20,000 nucleotides of DNA, taken from Rhizaria sp. SCN 62-66. Taxonomy: Eukaryota. Each line of letters begins with the position of its first letter. Positions within the stretch are counted from its first letter, which is position 1. Both the position numbers and the translations under genes were made by a program. The notes beneath the pieces are model-generated. The model was not told the origin of the DNA. It saw only the letters and a list, made by a program, of their open reading frames with translations, and made no database searches. The stretch is from positions 54,226 through 74,225 of the forward strand of contig MEDY01000252.1 in assembly GCA_001724265.1 (NCBI GenBank). The letters are read 5' to 3'. Positions 8,936 through 19,200 of this stretch are shown in pieces.

Positions 8936-10722
8936 ATGTCGGCCCCGAACAAGGACGACAAGGCGATCCCGATCCCGATTCCTCGCGACGACGCGACTGA
9001 GAAGAAGGACGACACCACGCCCTCCTCCGTCACGGACCCCAAGCGGCCCGGCGACGACCTCGCTTCGGCGTCGACGCGCCCGCTGGATGAGGACGACATC
9101 GCCGTGCTCAAGACCTACGCCGCGGGGCCCTACACCAACTCGATCAAGAAGCTCGAGGACGAGGTCAAGTCCCTCGTCGGCAAGGTCAACACGCTCAAGG
9201 GCGTCAAGGAGAGCGACACGGGTCTCTCCCCGCCCTCGCAGTGGGACCTGGTCGCGGACAAGCAGATGATGATGATGGAGCAGACGCTCCAGGTCGCCCG
9301 CTGCACCAAAATCATCGCCCCTAACACCCCCCAGGTACGTCTCCGGCCTCGCCAACATAACCGTGCTAGTTTTACCATACCCTACATTTGAAGCCAAAGA
9401 TCGCCTCGCGTGGGATTGATTTTGTGCCATGATGTTAATTGTTGCTGTATTTACCTGTTCTTCTTATTATATCTCTCTGTAATAATATCCTCCTCACACA
9501 CATAACACTATCGCCTCCGTATTTGTGTTCCCTGCAGGCCAAGTACATGGTCAACGTGAAGCAGATCGCCAAGTACGTCGTCGGCCTCGCCGAGCGCGTG
9601 TCCCCGACCGACATCGAGGAGGGCATGCGCGTCGGCGTCGAGCGCCAGAACAAGCTCTCGATCCATCTCCCGCTCCCGCCCAAGATCGACCCCTCGGTCA
9701 CCATGATGACCGTCGAGGAGAAGCCCGACGTGACGTACAACGACGTCGGCGGCTGCAAGGAGCAGATCCAGAAGATCCGCGAGGTTGTTGAGATGCCCCT
9801 CCTCAACCCCGAGCGCTTCGTCACTCTCGTACGTCTACAGCCACAAACGCAAACAAAGCTTTTCACTTGCTGTATCTCGACATCAACCGCTTTGTAACAA
9901 ACATATTTCGCCTCGATTCTTTGCAACAACGCCAAGGCGACTAAATTTCTTTTCATGGTATACGATAATAACATTTCAATAACTCATCATCTTGACGCAC
10001 ATCAACTCCTTTCTGCTCTCAACTCTCAACAGGGCATCGACCCCCCCAAGGGCGTGCTGCTGTACGGCCCCCCCGGCACGGGCAAGACTCTCCTCGCCCG
10101 CGCGGTTGCGAACCAGACGGACGCGTGCTTCATCCGCGTCATCGGCTCCGAGCTCGTGCAGAAGTACGTCGGCGAGGGCGCGCGCATGGTCCGCGAGCTC
10201 TTCCAGATGGCGCGCACAAAGAAGGCCTGCATCATCTTCTTCGACGAAGTCGACGCCATCGGCGGCGCGCGCTTTGACGACGGCCAGGGCTCGGACAACG
10301 AGGTGCAGCGCACGATGCTGCAGATTGTGACTGAGCTGGACGGCTTCGACGCGCGCGGCAACATCAAAGTACTGATGGCGACCAACCGGCCCGATACTCT
10401 GGACCCCGCGCTGCTGCGCCCCGGGCGCCTGGACCGCAAGATCGAGTTCGAGCTGCCGAAGCTGGACGGCGCGACGAAGATCCTCGAGATCCACTCCAAG
10501 ACGATGTCGTGCGAGAAGGGCATCCGGTGGGAGCTCATCGCGCGTCTGTGCCCCAACACCACGGGCGCCGAGCTCCGCTCCGTGTGCACCGAGGCGGGCA
10601 TGTTCGCCATCCGCGCGCGCCGCAAGGCCGTCACGGAGAAGGACATGCTCGACGCCGTGCAAAAGGTCATCAAGGGCTACGCCAAGTTCTCCGCCACGCC
10701 TAAGTACCTCGTCTACAACTAA
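8936..10722 (+). CDS. RPT1: 26S proteasome regulatory AAA-ATPase subunit 7 (RPT1/PSMC2), 3 exons, ~459 aa
   Basis: Exons 8936-9334, 9538-9828 and 10033-10722; introns 9335-9537 and 9829-10032 (GTACGT...CAG). Motifs [66 protein letters not shown], Walker A GPPGTGKT, Walker B IIFFDEVD and C-terminal [14 protein letters not shown] stop. Confidence 0.97.
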
Positions 10723-11308
10723 AGTATGCAACAGCACAGCAGTTACAATAATAGCATTCATGGCAGGCTTGCTTACGACAAGTGTGAAACTTGTTCGGCA
10801 CAGAAGTGTTGCGGTATAACAAAACAAGACAGAAAATAAGAAATTATATGCGTTTTTATTAGCTTTTAGATATGTGAAATATGAATACAAAAGTTCAAAA
10901 ATTCAAGCTGACTCCTTAAGCAACGCTCCGCACCACCATTGAACAGTGAGTATTTGTAATGAACAGATATTAACAACACCCGCAAGAAGTCGAGTTTATT
11001 GAGTTACATAATAATTGACTTTTTAGATGTGGGGCACTTGACTAAGCGCCAGTAAAACTATGATTAGTTAATTGTACGCGCAAATAGTACTCAATTTTCT
11101 GTCTTCAGAGCCATACTCGGCACTATGCATTCAATTTGCCAATTCATTTTTGTAAAATCAAAAAACACGTGTTTCACAATTATTTCAAGTTTATTGAATT
11201 CATATTATGAAGAATGCTCTGATTGCATATCATTGAGGTTTGAATCAGCTTCGAGTCCACCACAAACGTGTTTTTGTTTGTTGCTGCCAGTTGGGCTGCT
11301 ACTGGCAG

Positions 11309-11443
11309 GTATGTGAGGTCAAAGACCGAGTTTGACTTGGAGAAGCGGATATCTCTGCGTATTCATCGTCAACGTAAATGATTCTATGGCAACTGTATTT
11401 TTTATAACTCGTATTATTTGATCTTGTTATTGCCACTCCTTAG
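11309..11443 (+). other. Putative 5'UTR intron of the adrenodoxin reductase gene (135 nt)
   Basis: CAG|GTATGT donor matching the local consensus, AT-rich body, and CCACTCCTTAG acceptor 10 nt before the ATG at 11454. Confidence 0.5.
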
Positions 11444-11453
11444 TCACTGTTTT

Positions 11454-13553
11454 ATGCTGAGTTCACGACTGGCCAAAGCAGCCACTCGCTCCACCAGCTT
11501 CCACAGCCTTCTGAGCAGCTCATGCACGCTCCTACGCGCACCTTCCGCGTGCTTCGCTACCAATGCTGCTGCAACCAGTACAGATTCTCCGGCCCCATCT
11601 ATCGCGATTGTCGGCTCCGGTGCGTCTGGTCTTTTCACTGCAAAGTACCTCCTGCAAGAGCTTCCGGGCGCCAAGATAACGATCCTGGACCGGCTGCCCA
11701 CGCCGCACGGGCTGATCCGCTACGGCGTTGCCGCGGACCACCCCGAAGCCAAGGTCGTCACCGCGGACCTGGACAAGGCCGTGCTCTCGCACCCTAACGT
11801 TACCTTTGTGCCCAACGTCGCAGTCACCGCGCCTCCTGTCACGACCTCTTTCCCGTTAGCGTCGAATGAGACGGTCACTGCGGTGCCGCTGGCCGACCTG
11901 CGGGCGCAGCACGACGCCGTGGTGCTGGCTGTGGGCGCCGAGTCCTCCAAGCGGCTTAACCTGCCGGGCGAGGACACGCCGGGCGTGTGGGACGCGCGCG
12001 AGTTCGTCGGCTGGTACAACGGCCACCCCGACTACGCACACTTAGATTTCCACTTAGACGAGACCACGGACGTCGTCATCCTCGGCAACGGCAACGTCGC
12101 GCTCGACGTTGCGCGCATTCTACTTAAGCCCGCCGCCGCGCTGGCTGATACCACGCTCGCGCCCCACGCTTATGCGGCGCTCGAGACCTCGGCGGTGCAG
12201 CGCATCACCGTCGCGGCCAGGTACGTGTACATCTAACAAAACGGATTAATTGACGGCATAGGTTACTTTTGTCGTAATATTTCACCTATAAATGTAAAAA
12301 AAAAATATGTTGTTACTCTTTTATTATGCTTTAATCATTTCAATCATTTATCTTCCTGTTTAAATCTCACTAACAATTTTCTTACTTTGTCTCTGCTTTT
12401 CTTCCTGTTTTTACTCTTCGCCACCTCACACAGGCGCGGCCCCGTGCAGGCGGCGTACACGATTGCCGAGTTCCGCGAGATTACGGCCCTGGCGCTGCGC
12501 CAAGTCCGCTCCGGCCGCTCCGGCCTCCGCTTCGCCTCGGCGCTGCCGCTCGACCCCGCGTCCGCCGCCGAGGCCGAGGGCAACCGCGCGCTGAAGCGCA
12601 AGACGGAGCTGCTGGTGCAGCTGCAGGGCAAGATCGAGAGCGTGGAGCGCGGCGAAGCCGTGGCGACGGGCGGCGGCGAGACCCCCGTGGCCAACAGCCG
12701 CGAGCTCGAGTTCCTGTACTGGGCCAAGCCGGTCGCAATCGAGAGCGCCAACTCCGCCTCGTACTCAAACCTCACGGTGAACCACACCCTGACGGGTCGC
12801 CCCGCGCCCGCGGGTGCTGGCGCGGGCGTGGACGAAGACCATGAGGTGCGGTGCGTGGTGTTCGAATCCACCGACCCCCTGAACAACATGACTAACGTCA
12901 ACGTGAACAGCATCAGCGGCTCCTCAGCGGGCGTTAGCGGCGCTAACAACGCCTTTAGAGTGCCCGCGATGGCGCCGCCGATGCTGCCGACGCTGCCGCC
13001 GACGACGACGCGTGAGAGCGCCCACGCGCAGTTTCACTACACAGGCGATGACTTATCTGCGCAGCCCGCCGAGGGAGAGGCCAAGGGCGAGGCCAGGGGC
13101 GAGGGCGCGAGCGCGCCAAGACACAGCGCGTACGCCGGCAGTGCGCACGCTGGTCATGGGGGCAGCAGCGGCGGCGGCGGCCACTCTGGCGGCGGCCACT
13201 CCGGCGGCAACTACAACCGGCGCGGGCGTGTTATGGTCATCAAGAGCGTGGGCTACCGGTCCGTGCCCGTGCCGGGCTGCGCGTTTGACCCCCAGCGCGG
13301 CGTCATCCCCACCGCAGCTGGCGGACGCGTCCTCGCCAGCAGCGGCGACGGCGGCGGCAACAAGACGCAGACCGCGAGTGCGGGTGCGAGCGAGGCTGCT
13401 GCGGTGAAGACGGAGGAGGGCCTGTATGCGACTGGCTGGGCACGCCGGGGCCCCACTGGCATCATTGGGAGCAACATCGGTGACGCCAAGGAGGTCGCGC
13501 TGGCCGTTGCCGCGGACTGGCGCAAGAAGATGCAGCTGCAGCAGGGCAAGTGA
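11454..13553 (+). CDS. FDXR: Mitochondrial NADPH:adrenodoxin (ferredoxin) oxidoreductase, ARH1/FDXR family, 2 exons, ~628 aa
   Basis: Exons 11454-12220 and 12434-13553; intron 12221-12433 (GTACGT...CAG). The Ser/Arg/Leu-rich, acid-free N-terminus resembles a mitochondrial presequence. Motifs IAIVGSGASG, PTPHGLIRYGVAADHPEAK, AREFVGWYNGHPD, ILGNGNVALDVARIL, RRGPVQAAYT, KSVGY and GLYATGWARRGPTGIIGSN..DA. TGA stop. Confidence 0.93.
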
Positions 13554-14113
13554 GTCGCACTTTACAATGTGTCGCCTTGATGGAGACAACCGTGTTTATA
13601 TTGATGGGCCTCAAGGCCACGCTATTAATAATATCGGAAATGTTTAAAAATACATTTGTTGTATTGTATTACCAAGTCTATTTTTCTGTGTGCTATTGTT
13701 AGAGCGATACGCTTCATGTTTCGCGAGTGATTCCTCGAATCGTTGATGAGAAGGAGAAAACTGCTTCAGACCAGCCGTTTCTTGTAGAGGGAAACGGTCT
13801 GGTCGAGACCGAGTTTTGTGATGAGCAAAACGATGCCTAGAGTCCATGAAAGAGAACTGTCGACTCTTCAAATTATTTTCGATGTTGTTAATAGTTATGC
13901 TTTGCTAACGTCACTGCAAATGATTATGTCTCCCTTACTCTAGCCCTCCTTTCGTTTGGCAGAGCAAACACTAGCCACCACTACCCCAAACTCGCACTCC
14001 TGCCCGTTGCTCGTGCTCCCCTGCGACAACCCGGCAGCCTTTCACCCCACTACAACAGCAACCTAAGAGCTGTTCTTCCTACTACTAGCGACTTTGCCAC
14101 AACAGCTGCTATT

Positions 14114-15861
14114 ATGTACCGCCAAGCGTACGTTTTGCCTCGCTCCGACGCCACACAACTCTGACGCTCACTCGCTGACCTCCTCTCTTCCCAGCACCTC
14201 TATTTCCAACTGTATCGCCCCCTAACATATTTTTTGTGCACTTTACTGCCTTTTTATTGTTTGCTACCACAGTGCCCCGACTGCGGCGCAGACCGCTGCA
14301 CCGACCGTGCTGACAGTGAGCGAAGTCACCGCCCTGCGCACGCTGGCGCACCCGGCCTCGGCGACCTTCACGGCCACGGCCGAACTCGCGCGCAAGAACG
14401 AGCTCAAGGCGCGCTCGACCGCGCGCTACACGCACTGGCCTAACACGCTTGAGGCGCAGCGGCAGAAGAAGGAGCTGGAGCGCCGCCGCCGGCTCGACGC
14501 CATCGAGAGCGCGCAGCAGGAGGTGGACGAGCGTGAGCGTGCCTTCCACGACCAGCAGCGCCGCGCCACCATCGCGCGCGCCAACAACCTGCTGTACCAG
14601 GAGAACGACCGCGTCAAGACCTTCCGCTCCTCGCTGCTGGTCAGCAACGCGCTGCACGAGCGCACCGCGCAGGGCGTGTTCAAGGATGAGTACAAGGCGC
14701 GCGAGGCCCACGCCCGCGCGCTGCACGAGCAGCAGATCGCGGTATCGATCGCCAAGCAGGACGCGCGCGACGCCCGCGACGCCGCGGCCCGCGATGCGCT
14801 TGCGCGCGACGCCGCAGCCATGCGTCTGGAGCAGCTGAAGGAGAAGGAGCAGCGCCACATCGCGGAGAGGCGCGAGGAGATGCGCGAGGGCGCGCTGGTC
14901 CACGCCTCGGCCGCGGCCGCGCTGGCGCAAGGCAAGGCGGCCGAGGCGGCGCGGCGCGCCGAGCAGCGGCAGCGCGCTGAGGAGCTCGTGCTGGCGAACC
15001 AGGACGCGCTGCGCGTCAAGGCGGAGCAGGCGCGGCTGATCGAGGCCGAGAACGCCAAGATCGCGCACTACGCGGCCGAGAAGGAGCGCGTGGCGGCGCT
15101 GCGGGCCGCGCGCGAGCAGGAGAAGCGCGAAGCCAAGCAGGCGCGCGTGGACGGGATTATTTCGCGGCAGCAGGCGCACCTCAGTGTCGTCACGGCCAAG
15201 GAGCGTGAGCGCCTCGAGAAGGAGCTCGCTGCCATGAACTTCAAGGAGGCCGAGAAGGAGCGCATCGCCGCCGACCGGTATGTGACTTTGAAATTATAGT
15301 ACAAAAACAAAAATATCTTCAGGACTAAAAATTGTCTACTCGTGTAAACTCTCAATACTCACACCTACGCATTGTACCTCTCTTTTTCTTCTTGTCTTAT
15401 TGTATCGTTGTATCGCCTTACTTGAATTACTTCACTCCAGGCGCGCGGAGCTGCTGGCGGGCTTGCACCGCGGGCGCGAGCTGCAGCTGATTGACCGCGC
15501 GACCGCAGAGCTGCGGCGCAAGCAGGAGGACGCGGCGATGGGCGCCGAGCACGCGCGCATGTGCGCCGCGCTCAAGGCCGAGGAGGAGGCCGAGCTCCAG
15601 CGCGAGCGCGACGCCGCTGTCACGCTCAAGTCGGCGCTGCACGAGCAGGCGGAGGCGAAGCGGCAGGCGGTGAAGCAGCAGCAGCTGGAGACGCTGCGGT
15701 ACGCGGACCGGATGCAGCGGGAGCGCGACGACGACGACAAGACGTTCGGCGAATACGCGCAGTACCACGTCGACAAGTGGGAGCGCGACGGCAAGGACAC
15801 GATGCCGCTCAAGGTCACGCTCGCCAAGATGGAGCGCAAGGAGAAGCGCATCAACGCGTGA
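14114..15861 (+). CDS. CFAP210: Cilia- and flagella-associated protein 210 (CCDC173)-like coiled-coil protein, 3 exons, ~479 aa
   Basis: Exons 14114-14127 (14 nt coding), 14273-15277 and 15441-15861; introns GTACGT...CAG and GTATGT...CAG, with consistent phases. Signature LKARSTARYTHWPNTLEAQRQKK ... IARANNLLYQENDRVKTFRSSLLVSNALHER, then a long E/R/A/K coiled coil. TGA stop. Confidence 0.82.
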
Positions 15862-15952
15862 AGGGGAGCGCTATAAACTCGATGTATGAGCAGTGCAATG
15901 TGTGTCCGTAAGTCTGTGTATGCTTTGTTTAGTGTTATATGTGATATAATCT

Positions 15953-15982
15953 CTGTAAGCTTACGGACTGTAAGCTTACGGA
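15953..15982. repeat. Perfect 15-bp tandem duplication (CTGTAAGCTTACGGA x2) with an internal palindrome GTAAGCTTAC
   Basis: Read directly at 15953-15967 and 15968-15982. Confidence 0.85.
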
Positions 15983-16274
15983 TAATTATGCAGGGCCAGG
16001 TTAACGTGCGAACAGTTAGGACGAATGTACGTCGGAAAGCATATTCTCACGCGATCAAGATCGATAAATACAAGAATACAAACTACGCGAAATATCAATA
16101 CGCTGCAAATGGACACGCAACATAAGGAAGGAAGCTGTGCGAAACTAAAATCATTGCTGACGTTCAAGAAAAACGTGCCTTTGTATTGCAAAATACGTTA
16201 TGGACATCATAAATCAATCAAACAGCGTTCAAATTTTACAGGAAATTGAATTCATGCACTGCGTTCTGCGACAT

Positions 16275-19200
16275 TTAGTCCAAATCCCGATCGTAATCAT
16301 CGTCGCCGGACATCGAGCCAAGCCCACCGAAGCCGCCGTTGCCATCGCCAGCAGTGGCCAACAGTAGCGCCAGTGCCTCGTTCGCGCCCGCGGTGGCCTT
16401 GGCGTTGGCCTCCGCCTGCGCCTGCGCCGCCGCCGCCTCGGCCGACAGTGCGACCGTCACAGCCTTGGCGCCCCTGCCCTTGCCCGCCCTCGCACCACCC
16501 GTTGCCGAGCCAGCTGCGTGGTCAGCGCCAGTGGCGCTCACAGGCTTGGGTTTCGGGCCACGCTTCCGTGGAGCGGCTGCGCCTGCGCCTGCGCCTGCGC
16601 CTGTGCCGTCTAAGGGGGTACTTACAGCTGCGCCCTCGTCGGCGGGAGCCTTCTTCTTGCGCGGCGCCTTAGGCTTCGCGGCAGCAGCAGCAGCAGCACC
16701 GGCAGCGATGCCAGTGCTCGTGTTGCTGCTATCGGGCAGATCGGCGATCGCGCCCATGGTGGCGATGGCGTGGCTGTGCATGCTCGAGTACGCAGTCGAG
16801 CTCACGTTGCCGTACGCGCTCGGATATGCCGCGGCGCCCACATCGGTGTAGCCAGGGGCGGTCATGTGTGGATAATGCGGGTACACAGGGGCGCCCATGC
16901 CCAGGTTCGGGAGGTCCGAGTACGCGTGAGTGCGAGTGCCGTTGTTCGGGTCCGCGTGAGCGCTCAAGGTCGGGAAGGAAGCTATGCCAAGGTTCGGGAA
17001 CGACGTTGCGCCCAGGTTCGCATTGCTGCTGTTGTTGAGTTCGTCGTCGCCGTCGTCGTATTCGTCGTTATGACTTTGAGAGTAACCGTGAGCGTAGCCG
17101 TGACCATGAATGGGGCCCTGACCAAAGGCACCAGCAGCAGCAGCAGCAGCAGCAGCGGCGGCGGCGGCAGCATGGTTGAAAGCACTGCTACCGGACACTC
17201 CCTCATTTTGAGCGCTACTGCTACTGCTGGCCGTATCAGCAGTCTTACTACCGATCGCAGTCGGGATCGAGTTAGCGCCAGCGCTGGCGCCGGGACCGGG
17301 GGCGGGGCCGGTGCTTTCGTCGTCGCTTAACTTAAGCCGCTTGCTCACGGTCGCGCGGCCCCAGTAGCGCAGCATCTCCGTCACCAGCGACACCATCGCC
17401 TGCCGCGTGCGCGCGCTCATGCCCTTGCCGCTGGGCCCGCCAGCCGCCGCCGCCGCCGCCGCGACGGCCGCCAGCGTCGGCGCCAGGACGGGCGGGATCT
17501 GCTTCTTGTTTCGCGGCCGGCTGGCCTCGGCGAACGCGCGCTGCGCCTTGGTGACGCGCGCCGCCGCGGCCGCCAGGAGCGCGGACGCCGCGGCCGGGGT
17601 CGCGGCGGCGCCCGCGGCCGCGGTGGCCTCGGCGGCGGCGGCCTCGGCGGCGGTGACCGCGGCGGCGGCGGCCAGCACCGCGCCGCTGTCCGGCTCCAGC
17701 TTGGTCTCCTCCAGGGCCGGAATCAGCGGCTCCAGTGCCTGCTTCAGCGCTGTGAGGGCCTGGGCCACGGCTAAGGGGTACTCAGGGAAGAACTCGCTCT
17801 GCGGGACGTGAGCACTTGCGTCCGCACCGGGTAAGGGGGTGCTTAGATGGGGGTCCGCGCTCGATGCAGCTGTTGTCGCGTGACCGCTTGCGTGGGTGTT
17901 GCCGTTGGCGCTGTTGAGGTCACCGTTATTGTATGCGCTATAGCTATAGCTCGAGCTGACGCTTGCCGCTGCAGCTGCGGCTGCGGCTTGTTGTTGTTGT
18001 TGCTGCTGTTGCAACTCAGCATTAATGCCATCGTAGTTGTTGCGGGAACTCGGGTCCGTGTCGGCATCAGTCATGCTTACGCCAGCGCCAGCGCCAGCGC
18101 CAGAGGCATAATAGCCGCTGGCATCAGAGCCTGCATGTGCAGCTGCAGCTGCGTCAGCTCTGTTGCTTGCATCAACAGAAGCAGCAACGCCAGATGGTGC
18201 CGTTGCCGCAGTCCCGAGTTGGGTTGTCACGGCTGCTGCTGCGGCAGCTGCGGCCAACGCGGCCTCTGTCGCTGCCTTGGCTTCCGCGATCTCCTTCTTT
18301 GTGCGCCGCTTCCGGACGCCGGACGCGGGCGCAGCTCTGCCGCCAGCAGCAGCGTCAGAACCGGCGGCTGCATTAGCGGCGTCGGCTGCGGCGGGGGCGG
18401 CGACAGTTGCTTTTTGCTTGCGCTGCCTCGGTGCCTTTGCGGTCGCGGCAGCATTCGAGCCCGCGCCTGCGCCTGCGCCAGCCGCGCTGCCCGCAGCGGC
18501 AGCGGCGGCGGCGGCGGTGGTCGCGGCGGCGGCTGATGCGCGCTTTTGGCCGCCGCGAGCGCCCTTGGCGGCGGCGGCGTCGCCGGTGTCGGCCTCCTTG
18601 CCCTGACCCTGACCCTGCGCCTGCGTCTGGGCCTGCGAGGCAGCGGCGGCGGCGGAGCCAGCCTTGGCCGACGACGTTGCCGCCGCCGCCGTCGCCCCCG
18701 CCGCCGCCGCCTTGGCCACCGGCGGCGGCGGCGGCGGCAGCGGAGGCATCGCGAGCATCGGCACCGGCCCCGGCGCAAGCACATAAAAGCCTGCCACGGC
18801 GGGCACGGGATGCTGGCTGAGCGGGGGGAAGTGCGCGAAGTGACTGTGAGCGGCGGGGTGACCGTGGGCAGGCCGGGGACGCTTGACTGCAGGCTTGCCG
18901 GGGCCGCTGCTGGCTGCATTGTTGTTTTCGTCGTCGTCGCTATTGTTGTTTTCAGAGTCGGAGGCATCGCTTTTGTTGGCGTTGTCGTCTTGCTCTTTAT
19001 CGTCATCATCGTCGTCGTCGTCATCGTCATTGTCGTCATTGTCGTCCCCGTCGCCGTCTTCGCCGTCGTCATCGTCGTCGTCCTCGTCTTCTTCCTCTTC
19101 ATCAGTCACGACAAATCCTTGCAAGTTGCCGTCGTCCTCGTCGTCTTCCTCGCTCTCGTCGTCGTCCTCCTCCTCATTGTACGGCACGCCCGCGGCCGCC

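Noticed and set aside
11162-11275. CACGTG / AACGTG E-box-like motifs upstream of FDXR
   Set aside because: Short motifs expected by chance and not repeated in the other promoter regions.
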